A stretch of DNA of 64,000 bases from Phycisphaeraceae bacterium (GCA_963674705.1 OY771506.1:2720001-2784000); one strand, 5' to 3'; shown: positions 18,725 to 28,040, counted from the stretch's first letter. Notes: generated by a model not told the origin, from the sequence alone. Made by a program: numbers and translations.

Positions 18725-20311
18725 TCAACATCGCTGCCGTCGCAACATCAACCCCGCGCCTGCAATCACTAATCCAATCGTCCCCGGCTCGGGGATGAAC
18801 AGTAGCTGGATGCCGTTGATGAAGCCGTCCGCGGGGGAATAGATGTCAAGCGTCAGGCCTGTTTCTCTGACGTATACCTGGTGGATCGAGTGGGTGATGC
18901 CTTGTTCCAGCTTGCCGTCATAGATGCCGGTGTTTATGGCAGTCAGTGTTTCCCAGCCGAACGGGGTGACGGTTGATTGATGGGGGTAATCCTGTCGGCC
19001 GGTTGTGTAGACGATGACGTAGTAGCCGCCGACGGGCAGGCCCTGGATGTTAAGTGTGAAGTTGTTTCGAACGCTCACGAGATAATCGCCGAGCAGGGGG
19101 GTCTCTTCCTGGCCGAAAGGTTGAGAATGGGGTGTGACGTCGAACAGGTTCTGCGTTGCGGAGAGTGTGATGCTGGTCAGGTTGCCTGATTCGTCTCGGA
19201 TACCGCCCCGTGGGGTGGAAGTAATCGCATCAATCACGTTCCAGTAGCCTGCCAGACCTGCGCCGGCATAACTGCTGTTGGGCCCGGCCCCAAGTGCGCC
19301 GAAGTCGATATTAACGGTACTGACGGCATCGGTGATTACTGGATCAGTCGATGAACTTGCCGGCATAATACTCGCGACGCGGAACCCGAGGTAATCGTTG
19401 GCAAATGATTCTTCCGGGCTTAGATAACGCGTTAATGCATGAAGCAAAGAACTGCTGTCGCCTGCTGAACCCCCACGGACGATGCGTCCACTTTGGAACC
19501 GCGTCTCGGTCCATTCCATTGCGTTGCCATTCTGATCGTATGTCCCGTACGGGCTGGCGGCTTCGGTATAAGCCCCCACGTTCGTGAAGGGGACCACACC
19601 CGAGGTGGAAGCTGTGCCTGATACGGCATACCCGTCATTGAAGCCGTTGGCGATACCGTCATCATAAAAAAAGTTGACGGCTGCCGGGTTATCCTCGGGG
19701 CGATCACTGATGGGTCTTTCGTTACTGCCGGTAGCGTATGAGAAGTAAGTGGGGTTTGTATTGGCGGCGTTATGGTATGCCGCTTTATACCACTCGTTCT
19801 CGGTCGGTATAAAGTAATCAGCGTCTGCATGGCGGGTAATTTGATCTGCCGGCAGGGACAGGTCATAAACACCCGATTCGGTGTTGGCATCGCCTTGTCC
19901 GTTTTGCAGCCAATTGATGAAACGCGCGGCGCTCAGCCACGAAACGGCCGTGACCGGGTGATTTTCCCTGCCTGATTTTGAAAGATATCGAGGGCCCGAA
20001 GTCGTTAATTCGGTTGCGAGCCCGCCTGTATTGTAATAAAGCATCTTTGGGTCGACCAAGCCCAAATCGTAAGCTTCTTGAAAACCCACGGCGTTGAGAA
20101 ACTCAACGTATTGAGCGTTGGTGACTTCGTATTTGCTTATGCTGAAGTCATAGTCAACCGCGCCAATACCACGGTAGTCGCCGGTGTTCCCGGCGTTGTC
20201 GACTTCGACCCAATTAAAGGTGACCTCGGCCAACGCAGCCTGATGGCCGGCGGCAACAGTTAAAATAAGAATGGCGCAGAAGGCATATGTTTTTAACAGC
20301 TTCCCGGTCAT
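18725..20311 (-). CDS. PEP-CTERM protein with FGE-sulfatase (SUMF1/EgtB/PvdO) domain plus a second domain
   Basis: ISKYEVTNAQYVEFLN, PTENEWYKAAY, SPYGTYDQNGNAMEW, RGGS, GFRVA; C-terminus IPEPGTIGLVIAGAGLMLRRQRC. Confidence 0.88.
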   Translation of the reverse strand: MTGKLLKTYAFCAILILTVAAGHQAALAEVTFNWVEVDNAGNTGDYRGIGAVDYDFSISKYEVTNAQYVEFLNAVGFQEAYDLGLVDPKMLYYNTGGLATELTTSGPRYLSKSGRENHPVTAVSWLSAARFINWLQNGQGDANTESGVYDLSLPADQITRHADADYFIPTENEWYKAAYHNAANTNPTYFSYATGSNERPISDRPEDNPAAVNFFYDDGIANGFNDGYAVSGTASTSGVVPFTNVGAYTEAASPYGTYDQNGNAMEWTETRFQSGRIVRGGSAGDSSSLLHALTRYLSPEESFANDYLGFRVASIMPASSSTDPVITDAVSTVNIDFGALGAGPNSSYAGAGLAGYWNVIDAITSTPRGGIRDESGNLTSITLSATQNLFDVTPHSQPFGQEETPLLGDYLVSVRNNFTLNIQGLPVGGYYVIVYTTGRQDYPHQSTVTPFGWETLTAINTGIYDGKLEQGITHSIHQVYVRETGLTLDIYSPADGFINGIQLLFIPEPGTIGLVIAGAGLMLRRQRC

Positions 20312-20336
20312 TTTCAGTTTCCCCACTAATTAAGAA

Positions 20337-20380
20337 TCTCAGTCCAGTTGCCACAGCGGCCCCACGGCTTTCTCCGCTCC
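20337..20380 (-). promoter_or_regulatory. Conserved 5' leader element, copy B
   Basis: 40/44 identical to 18648-18690; about 26 nt upstream of start codon. Confidence 0.65.
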
Positions 20381-20438
20381 CCGGATTGCCGGGGCGGGCT
20401 CGGCACAACCGGCCTGAATTAAGACAGGCAATGAGCCA

Positions 20439-20483
20439 AGTATCGTCGGATCAGCGCACCTGTCAATCATTATTTGCGCAAAT
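20439..20483 (-). promoter_or_regulatory. Putative sigma70 promoter for the PEP-CTERM pair with adjacent palindrome
   Basis: Minus strand TTGACA-N16-GATACT; perfect palindrome ATTTGCGCAAAT at 20472-20483. Confidence 0.4.
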
Positions 20484-20569
20484 TTTGTGATAGAATGCAC
20501 TTAGCTTGCCTAGATTGACATTGATGGCTGGGGATTCGGGATTGGGGACTGGGGGGAGAAGGTGCTGGC

Positions 20570-20598
20570 TTGCATCCTGATTCGCCCCTCCATACACT
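20570..20598 (+). promoter_or_regulatory. Putative sigma70 promoter of rpmB
   Basis: TTGCAT-N17-TACACT. Confidence 0.55.
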
Positions 20599-20656
20599 AT
20601 TGGGCTCGATACGAATCGATTTAGATGCAATACCCCGCTTGAGAAGGGCTCATGCC

Positions 20657-20935
20657 ATGCCACGAGTTTGTTCATTAACCGGCCGCCGTACCTCCACCGG
20701 TCGAACCTACACCCTCCGCGGTAAAGCCAAATACCTCGGCGGCGTCGGTACCAAGGTCACCGGCAAGACCAAGCGTAAGTTCCGCCCGAACATCCAGACC
20801 GTCACCGCCCTGGTCGACGGCAGCCCCAAGCGGATCAAGGTCTCGACCAAGGCCATCAAGAGCGGCCTGGTCGTCAAGCCCCTGAAGCGGAAGTACGCCT
20901 ACAATCCTGAAGCACAGGCTGAAGGCAGCAAGTAA
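20657..20935 (+). CDS. rpmB: 50S ribosomal protein L28
   Basis: MPRVCSLTGRR...GGVGTKVTGKTKRKFRPNIQ. Confidence 0.93.
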   Translation: MPRVCSLTGRRTSTGRTYTLRGKAKYLGGVGTKVTGKTKRKFRPNIQTVTALVDGSPKRIKVSTKAIKSGLVVKPLKRKYAYNPEAQAEGSK

Positions 20936-20954
20936 TTCCATAGCTCGTACATTC

Positions 20955-20988
20955 CAGGCGCACGGCCCGGCCGTGCCGCCTGTATTTT
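20955..20988 (+). terminator. Putative intrinsic terminator after rpmB
   Basis: CAGGCGCACGGC/GCCGTGCCGCCTG hairpin followed by TATTTT. Confidence 0.5.
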
Positions 20989-21215
20989 AATAGCTCGAAT
21001 AGGTCAGTTTACCCTTGACCTGAACACACAAGACGCCAATCCTACTAGTAGATCAGGCATCGGATCCGGGGGGCAGATCACGCGGGAACGACAATCGACG
21101 AGGCCAGCGAACCACCCACCGGCCCGATTGAAACAGTTTTCCCAACGCCGGACGTTTACATCGCAAAGACACACGACCTGCCGACGATGCCCACCCGTCG
21201 GCCGGAATAACGCGC

Positions 21216-23165
21216 ATGGCCATCCGTGAGGACATCAAAGATCGCGTCCAGCAGGCGACGGATATCGTCCGCCTGATCGGCGAGCAGGTGGCGCTGCGTC
21301 CCAAGGGCAAGGAATTTGCCGGCCTATGCCCGTTCCACGACGATAAAAACCCGTCCATGCAGGTCTCGCCCGCCAAGCAGATCTACAAATGCTTCAGTTG
21401 CGGGGCAGGCGGCGATGTCTTCAGCTTCGTGATGAACTATCACAAGATGAGCTTCCCCGAGGCGATCAAACACCTGGCGGAGCGAGCGGGGATTGAAGTT
21501 GAAGATCGGGTATCGGGTTTCGGGGATCGGGATTCGGGCCCGAGCGAGCGGGATCAGTTACGGGAAGCAAACGGGCAGGCGATGGAGTTTTTCCGCATAC
21601 TGCTGAAACACCCCGAACACGGACAGGTCGCACGGGATTACATCGAACGTCGCGGGATCAGCCCCGAAATGGTTGCCGGTTTCCAGATCGGCTATGCCCC
21701 GGATCGCTGGGACGGGCTCGTGCAGATGATCCAATCCAAAGGCTGGGCAAACCGAGGTTTCGAACTTGCCGGCCTAGTCAGCCAACGTGACTCCGGCGGC
21801 TTTTACGATCGCATGCGCCACCGTCTGATCTTCCCGATCTTCGACGCGATCGGCAGACCCATCGCCTTCGGCGGTCGCAAGCTGCGTGAAGAAGATGAGC
21901 CCAAATACCTCAATAGCCCTGAAACCAAGCTCTTCAACAAGTCCACCACGCTCTACGGCCTGCACCTTGCCAAGAAACCCATCATCGATCAAAAAACCGC
22001 GGTCATCGTCGAGGGTTATACCGATGTGATCGCCTGCCACCAGGGCGGGGCATGTAATGTTGTAGCCACGCTCGGTACAGCCTTAACGGCCGGGCACGTC
22101 TCGGAGCTTCGCCGGTATGCGGAAAAGGTCGTGCTGATCTTCGATGGCGATGTGGCTGGGCAGAAGGCGGCGGACAGGGCGGTGGAACTGTTCCTGACCG
22201 GTGATCTGGATGTCTTTATCGCGATCCTGCCCGGCGGGCTTGATCCTGCGGACCTATTTGCCCAGGAGCATGGCCGCCAGCAGTGGGATGATGCGATCAG
22301 TAAGGCACAGGACGCCCTCAGCTACCAGTTTGCCCGTTTATCCGAGCAACTGGATGAAGCCGGCACACTGACAGGCCGGCAAAACCTTGCGGACGGTTAT
22401 ATGACTCGGCTGGCCCAACTCGGTCTGTCAAATACCGGCTCGATCCGGCGGGCCTTGGTAGTGCAGCGGTTGGCCCAGATGCTGCACATGAGCGAGCAGG
22501 CGGTCAGCGAACTTCTGACACAGAAGGCCCAGACGGTCCGGCGTACTCCGATACCGCACACACCGTCCGATAACGAACGTGAAGATAGGCAATTATCAAA
22601 TCATGGGATAACCGAGGAATCGGCCCTATTTGAAGTTGCCCCGGCCGATTCTCGGCGTAAACTTAAGGCGTTGGCACTGGCGGAACGGCAGGTGATCGGA
22701 TGCCTTATCCGAGATAACCAACGCTTTACAAACGTGTTAATCGACGGCCGACCGTTCGATGAAGCGGTCACGCTGGCCGATTTTGTTACGCCGGAGAACC
22801 GCAAACTGTTCGAAAGGATTTATAGCCGTCTCGCGGACGGCCAATCGATCACGATCGCGGGCATGCTCAGTGATCTGGCATCGAATAATGAACAGCCTTT
22901 GTCGAACGTGCTTACCCAGGCTGATGCCGAGGTCGAGGCTTGCTCCGGCGGGAAGAACAATCAGGAGGAGGAGTTGCTGATTACGGCCGCGCAGGCCTTG
23001 GTTCAGCATCAGAGGGAGGCGACCTATCAGCGGAACAGGCAGACCCTCAGCAATGACATCACTGTGGCGAGCGGCGAACAAGACGCGGCCCAGCTTTTAA
23101 GGCAGATGATTGAGCACCGAAGAGACAACCCCTCACCGGTGCGAATTGCCAGAACACGAAAGTGA
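21216..23165 (+). CDS. dnaG: DNA primase
   Basis: CPFHDDKNPS..CFSCG zinc finger, KYLNSPET, EGYTD, FDGDVAG (TOPRIM), DPAD. Confidence 0.96.
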   Translation: MAIREDIKDRVQQATDIVRLIGEQVALRPKGKEFAGLCPFHDDKNPSMQVSPAKQIYKCFSCGAGGDVFSFVMNYHKMSFPEAIKHLAERAGIEVEDRVSGFGDRDSGPSERDQLREANGQAMEFFRILLKHPEHGQVARDYIERRGISPEMVAGFQIGYAPDRWDGLVQMIQSKGWANRGFELAGLVSQRDSGGFYDRMRHRLIFPIFDAIGRPIAFGGRKLREEDEPKYLNSPETKLFNKSTTLYGLHLAKKPIIDQKTAVIVEGYTDVIACHQGGACNVVATLGTALTAGHVSELRRYAEKVVLIFDGDVAGQKAADRAVELFLTGDLDVFIAILPGGLDPADLFAQEHGRQQWDDAISKAQDALSYQFARLSEQLDEAGTLTGRQNLADGYMTRLAQLGLSNTGSIRRALVVQRLAQMLHMSEQAVSELLTQKAQTVRRTPIPHTPSDNEREDRQLSNHGITEESALFEVAPADSRRKLKALALAERQVIGCLIRDNQRFTNVLIDGRPFDEAVTLADFVTPENRKLFERIYSRLADGQSITIAGMLSDLASNNEQPLSNVLTQADAEVEACSGGKNNQEEELLITAAQALVQHQREATYQRNRQTLSNDITVASGEQDAAQLLRQMIEHRRDNPSPVRIARTRK

Positions 23166-23312
23166 TCGGGGATGGATTCAAGTGAGGGGAGACTGCGGTC
23201 ATCGAAGGCAAAGGAGGCCTGCGATGGACAAGACAAGGACGTGAAACCGAGCTAACAGCTTCGGCATCAAGAGACGCGGCCGGCATAGGGCCGGCACAAA
23301 GAGGCACAAGCT

Positions 23313-25070
23313 TTGATTAACGTATTACACCCAGCGGTTCTCGAACTCATCCAAGGCGGCCTTCAGCGTGGATTCATCACGTTTGATGAACTCAACGCGT
23401 TATTGCCTGACGAGTACGTCGATCCGGACAAGATCGATGAGTTGCTCGCGCAGTTCCTGCGTGAAGAGATCAGGTTGATCGACAATATCTCGGTTCCGCA
23501 GGAATACAAGCCCAAGATCATCCGCCCGGACATCGTCGAGCCGGACCCTGTTTCGGAAGAAGAAGCCGAAGTTCAAACCGACGATGAAGGCGAGACGCTG
23601 CTCACCCCCGAGCAGGCCAAGGCCGAGTTCGCCCAGGCATTGCAGGACGCGGTCAGCAAGCGTATCGACGACCCGGTCCGTATGTACCTGACGCAGATGG
23701 GCGAGATCAGCCTGCTTACCCGCGAAGAGGAAATCCGCCTCGCCAAGAAGATCGAAACGACCCGCATGATCTTCCGTCGACAGGTGCTGGAAAACGACTA
23801 CTCCATCAAGAGTTCCGTGGAAGTGCTCGAGCAGGTCCATGAAGGCGATCTGCCGTTCGACCGCACGATGAAGATCTCGACCGCGGAAGACGACGCCAAG
23901 GGCAAGATCGCCGCCCGTATCCCTGTGAACCTCAAGACCGTCAAGCGGCTGCTTGAACTGAACCGTCTGGATTGGGAAGAACTGGATTCAACCGGCCGAA
24001 TCTCCAAGACGCGTTCAGATGCCATCCAGCAACGCATCGCCACCCGCCGCCGTAAGATGGCGACGCTTATCGAAGAGTTGAGCCTGCGTACCAGCAAGGT
24101 TCAGCCGCTGCTCAAGAAGCTGCGTTCGATCGCCGCAAAGATGATCGAACTGCGTGACACGATCGAAAAGGCAGATCAGTATCCAGATCGCTACGATCCG
24201 GAAGACATCATGGTCATGCGTGAAGAGCTGGCCGGGATGCGCAGCCTCGTGCTATGTGAGCCCGATGAACTGATGCAGCGCGTCAGGATGATCGCCATGG
24301 TCTTCGATGAATACGAACAAGCCAAGCGCGATTTGTCCGGCGGCAACCTGCGTCTGGTCGTCTCCATCGCCAAGAAGTACCGCAACCGCGGCCTGTCGTT
24401 CCTCGACATCATTCAGGAAGGCAACACCGGCCTGATGCGTGCCGTCGACAAGTACGAATACAAGCGTGGTTACAAGTTCTCGACATACGCGACTTGGTGG
24501 ATCCGCCAGGCGATCACCCGCGCGATCGCCGACCACGCCCGTACGATCCGTATCCCCGTGCACATGATCGAGACGATGAGCAAGCTGCGCAACATCGCCA
24601 AGAACCTGCTTCAGGACCTTGGCCGCGAGCCAACCATCGAGGAGATCGCGGAAGCCGCGCAGATGCCGGTCAGTGAAGCACGCCGTGTGATGAAGATCAG
24701 CCGTCATCCAATCAGCCTCGACCGCCCGGTCGGCGAGAGCGAAGATTCCTACTTCGGCGACTTCATCGAAGACGAAGCGGCCGACAACCCCTCGGAAACC
24801 GCGACCAGCGACATGCTCCGCGGCCGGATCGAACAGGTCCTCAAGACACTGACCTACCGCGAACGCGAAATCATCAAGCTGCGTTACGGCATCGGTGACG
24901 GCTACACCTACACACTCGAAGAGGTCGGCCGAATCTTCAAGGTTACCCGCGAACGTGTGCGACAGGTCGAAGCCAAGGCCATCCGCAAACTCCAACACCC
25001 CGTCCGAGCCCGCAAACTCCAGGGCTTCGTCGACGGCACACTCGAAGAGGAAGAAGTCGTTCGCAACTGA
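23313..25070 (+). CDS. rpoD: Primary sigma factor RpoD
   Basis: [56 protein letters not shown] start. Confidence 0.96.
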   Translation: MINVLHPAVLELIQGGLQRGFITFDELNALLPDEYVDPDKIDELLAQFLREEIRLIDNISVPQEYKPKIIRPDIVEPDPVSEEEAEVQTDDEGETLLTPEQAKAEFAQALQDAVSKRIDDPVRMYLTQMGEISLLTREEEIRLAKKIETTRMIFRRQVLENDYSIKSSVEVLEQVHEGDLPFDRTMKISTAEDDAKGKIAARIPVNLKTVKRLLELNRLDWEELDSTGRISKTRSDAIQQRIATRRRKMATLIEELSLRTSKVQPLLKKLRSIAAKMIELRDTIEKADQYPDRYDPEDIMVMREELAGMRSLVLCEPDELMQRVRMIAMVFDEYEQAKRDLSGGNLRLVVSIAKKYRNRGLSFLDIIQEGNTGLMRAVDKYEYKRGYKFSTYATWWIRQAITRAIADHARTIRIPVHMIETMSKLRNIAKNLLQDLGREPTIEEIAEAAQMPVSEARRVMKISRHPISLDRPVGESEDSYFGDFIEDEAADNPSETATSDMLRGRIEQVLKTLTYREREIIKLRYGIGDGYTYTLEEVGRIFKVTRERVRQVEAKAIRKLQHPVRARKLQGFVDGTLEEEEVVRN

Positions 25071-25104
25071 TCGGAACAAAACCGAACACGCAACCTTATT
25101 AAAC

Positions 25105-25136
25105 AACAGCCCCACCCGGAAGGGTGGGGTTTTTTC
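25105..25136 (+). terminator. Intrinsic terminator after rpoD (repeat-family hairpin)
   Basis: GCCCCACCC-GGAA-GGGTGGGGT followed by a T-run. Confidence 0.8.
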
Positions 25137-25233
25137 GTGTGATTTTTCAACAGATATTGTGTTTATAAACGACTGAGCCGTGGTGCCCTCACCGCGGACC
25201 GCGTCGGGGGCGACGCGGCTCGGATAAGTGAAA

Positions 25234-26163
25234 CTACTCTGCGAACATTGCGTCCACGAACTTCGCGGGATCGAATGGTTCGACGTCGTCCGGCGTCTCG
25301 CCCACGCCGATGAACTTCACGGGCAGGTTCAGTTCTTCACGGATGGCGATGACGATACCGCCGCGGGCGGTGCCGTCGAGTTTGGACAGGAAGATGCCCG
25401 TGACATCCGTTGCTTCGGCGAAGACCTTGGCCTGGTTAATGCCGTTCTGACCCGTCGTCGCGTCGATCACGAGGATGACTTCGTGCGGTGCACCTTCAAT
25501 TTGTTTGGCAACGACTGAGCGGATCTTGGTTAATTGCCGCATCAGGTGATCTTGCGTGTGCAGACGTCCTGCTGTGTCCAGCACGAGTACGTCTACGCCG
25601 CGCGATTTGGCTGCCTGAGCCGCGTCGAAAGCTACTGCCGCAGGGTCGCCGCCTTGCTGGCCCTTGATGACCTGCACGCCTAAGCGTTCGCTCCACACTT
25701 CAAGCTGCTCGACTGCCGCGGCGCGGAAGGTATCGCAGGCCGCGAGCATCACGCTCTTGCCTTCATCGCGCAGGCTCTTGGTGATCTTGGCGATACTTGT
25801 GGTTTTCCCCGCGCCGTTGATCCCGGCGACCAGAATTACCGTCGGCCCACTTCCGGGGGGTGCGAACTTCAGGCTGCGGTCGATCTGCGGGTAATACGCA
25901 CGCAACTGATCCTTGAGAAACTCAAGCGCCTGATCGCCCGACTCGATCTCGCCACGCTCGTAGCCGGCCTGGATGTCCTTGCGGATTTCGATCGCGGTCT
26001 TGATCCCTATATCTGCCTGGATCATCGCCCGCTCAAGCTCCTTGAGCAGATCCGGGCTCAGCTTTTTGCCGGTCAGGATTGTCCGCACCGTCGCCGCCGA
26101 CCCGCTGCGCGTCCGCGCCAGGCCTTGCTTGAGCTTGTTGAGTGCAGATTTGAAGATGCTCAT
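25234..26163 (-). CDS. ftsY: SRP receptor FtsY (NG domain only)
   Basis: GINGAGKTT, DTFRAAA, DTAGR, DATTGQN, KLDGTARGG, GVGE. Confidence 0.95.
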   Translation of the reverse strand: MSIFKSALNKLKQGLARTRSGSAATVRTILTGKKLSPDLLKELERAMIQADIGIKTAIEIRKDIQAGYERGEIESGDQALEFLKDQLRAYYPQIDRSLKFAPPGSGPTVILVAGINGAGKTTSIAKITKSLRDEGKSVMLAACDTFRAAAVEQLEVWSERLGVQVIKGQQGGDPAAVAFDAAQAAKSRGVDVLVLDTAGRLHTQDHLMRQLTKIRSVVAKQIEGAPHEVILVIDATTGQNGINQAKVFAEATDVTGIFLSKLDGTARGGIVIAIREELNLPVKFIGVGETPDDVEPFDPAKFVDAMFAE

Positions 26164-26276
26164 AGGGGTGGGTATCGGGTATCGGTGTTCGGGTATCGGG
26201 AAGAATGATAGAGGAATTTGCCAGCTCATGATGCAACACGATTCATCGCGTTACAAAAAGCTAATGGCTAAAGGCT

Positions 26277-26792
26277 TCAAATGCCCCCTCCGCCCAATGC
26301 GTCGTCTAACCAGACTTCGGCGCTGGGCTGAGTCGCATCGGCTGAGGCCGGCTGAATCTCGACCGGTTCGCCGGCCTGCATTTTTGCGAGCTTGTCGAGG
26401 ATACCATTAACGAACGACGGGCTCTGCTCGCTGGCGTACTGCTTGGCAAGCTCGACCGCCTCATTGATCGCGACCTTCGGCGGCGTGATTCCTGAAACAA
26501 TCTCGTGATACGCCAACCGCAATATCGCACGGTCCACCGGCGGCTGACGATGCGTCGGCCAGTCCGGCGACAACATCTCCACCTTCTTGTCCGCCTCTTG
26601 GTGATCCGTCCAGGCTTTCAGCGCCAAGTCCACGCCTTGCTCTCGCACTGCTTGCTTATCAAATTCGGTATCCAGCCCGTCCAGCAGCGTCTGCCGATCG
26701 GCTTCCCCGCTGACGTCCAATTGATACAACACCTGCATCGCCAAGCGACGCACGTCTCTTCGTTTTCCTGTTGTCGCGTCCTGTTCCGTCAT
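26277..26792 (-). CDS. nusB: Transcription antitermination factor NusB
   Basis: RRLAMQVLYQ, VDRAILRLA, INEAVELAK, FVNGILD. Confidence 0.95.
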   Translation of the reverse strand: MTEQDATTGKRRDVRRLAMQVLYQLDVSGEADRQTLLDGLDTEFDKQAVREQGVDLALKAWTDHQEADKKVEMLSPDWPTHRQPPVDRAILRLAYHEIVSGITPPKVAINEAVELAKQYASEQSPSFVNGILDKLAKMQAGEPVEIQPASADATQPSAEVWLDDALGGGGI

Positions 26793-26870
26793 GTTTCCTG
26801 TCACTTCGTGAAGCCATTAGCTATTAGCCGTTAGCCATTAGCAATACAATTCATACTTCAAGCCTCAAGC

Positions 26871-27344
26871 CTATTTCCCCAGCTTCTTCATCAAATCCGC
26901 CATCTCGATCCCCGCCATCATCGCGCTGCGGCCGGCGTTGCCCATTTTAAGCCCCGCCCGGTTCACCGCCTGCTCGACGTTGTCGCAGGTCAACACGCCG
27001 AAGATGCAGGGGACGCCCGTCATCACGCCGACGTCCTTGATGCCCTTGGCCGTCTGTTCGACGACGTGGTCGTAATGGTCCGTCTCGCCACGGATCACAC
27101 AGCCCAGGCAGATTACAGTTTTGTACTTGCCCGATTCCGCCAGCTTCTTGGCCGTCACCGGCAGCTCAAAACTACCCGGCACCCAGATAGTGGTCAGTGC
27201 ATCCTCAGAGCCGCCCAGCCGGGTCCATGTATCCACCGCCCCGTCCAGCAGGTGCTTGGTGACAAACTCGTTGAACCGGGCCACCACGATGGCGATCTTC
27301 ATATTGTCATCAGCGACCAGGTCGCCTTGGATAGTCTCTGACAC
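26871..27344 (-). CDS. ribH: 6,7-dimethyl-8-ribityllumazine synthase
   Basis: IVVARFN, VPGSFELP, LGCVIRGETDHYD, FGVLT. Confidence 0.96.
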   Translation of the reverse strand: MSETIQGDLVADDNMKIAIVVARFNEFVTKHLLDGAVDTWTRLGGSEDALTTIWVPGSFELPVTAKKLAESGKYKTVICLGCVIRGETDHYDHVVEQTAKGIKDVGVMTGVPCIFGVLTCDNVEQAVNRAGLKMGNAGRSAMMAGIEMADLMKKLGK

Positions 27345-27448
27345 GGGATTCTCTGGGTTTATATCTCGTCCGGGATGGACAACGCATTCTATCGGAGCTT
27401 GCGAGATGCTGCCAATGGACGGGCCTATGGTGATTTTTCTATATCAGT

Positions 27449-27477
27449 GATAAACATACCTTGTCCCGATCGCGTTT
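27449..27477 (+). promoter_or_regulatory. Putative ECF-type promoter
   Basis: GATAAAC...CGTTT (AAC-N17-CGT) just upstream of an ECF sigma gene; a similar GGATAAAT...CGTCT lies at 31205-31230 before the second ECF gene. Confidence 0.35.
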
Positions 27478-27512
27478 ATGCTTATAGAGACGTCTTCCCG
27501 AGGGTCTGCTGA

Positions 27513-28034
27513 ATGGATATGTCTGACAACTACCAACGCCACATCGAGCCGATCGAGGACCAGATGATCGGCGTGATCTGGCGGCTGTTGCGAGACCCGG
27601 ACGATGCCGACGACGCCATGCAGGATGCGCTCGCCCGAATCTGGTCCAAACGCAAAAAAGTCTTCAAGCACCCGAATCCCAAGGCTTTGATCCTGCGGAT
27701 CTGCATCAATAGCGCCTACGACAAACTCAGGCAGCGAGCGAAACAGCATCGTGATCAGCAAAACTTGCGAGCCCAAGCCAAGGAAGGTGTAGAAGCGTCC
27801 AGCGACTCGGCCATCCAAAACCAAGAGCTGCGGTCGCAGGTTCTCAGGCAGATCGCATTGCTCCCCCGACAGCAGGGCGTCGCGGTCTTGATGCGTTTGG
27901 TGGAGCAGCAGCCATACCTTGAAATTGCTCAGTTACTGGGGTGTAGCGAAGCGACCGTCCGGGTCCATGTCACGCGAGGACGATCAAATCTGCAGGAACG
28001 ACTTAAACATCTGAATCCGAATAATGACAGGTGA
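27513..28034 (+). CDS. ECF RNA polymerase sigma factor
   Basis: DADDAMQD region 2; LPRQQ...EIAQLLGCSEATVRVHVTRGR region 4. Confidence 0.9.
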   Translation: MDMSDNYQRHIEPIEDQMIGVIWRLLRDPDDADDAMQDALARIWSKRKKVFKHPNPKALILRICINSAYDKLRQRAKQHRDQQNLRAQAKEGVEASSDSAIQNQELRSQVLRQIALLPRQQGVAVLMRLVEQQPYLEIAQLLGCSEATVRVHVTRGRSNLQERLKHLNPNNDR

Positions 28035-28040
28035 TACATA

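Noticed and set aside
15608..20311. Diversity-generating retroelement acting on the FGE-domain gene
   Set aside because: FGE/CLec folds are known DGR targets, but no reverse transcriptase or adenine-variant template/variable repeat pair is visible in the window.
20337..20400. Cobalamin riboswitch reading of the PEP-CTERM leader
   Set aside because: No GGGAA / GCCACTG / B12-box arrangement in the correct order on the coding strand.
20496..20511. Sigma54 promoter (AGGCAAGCTAAGTGCA, minus strand) for the PEP-CTERM genes
   Set aside because: GG-N10-GC spacing fits but flanking consensus bases mismatch, and a sigma70-like promoter lies closer; too weak to call.
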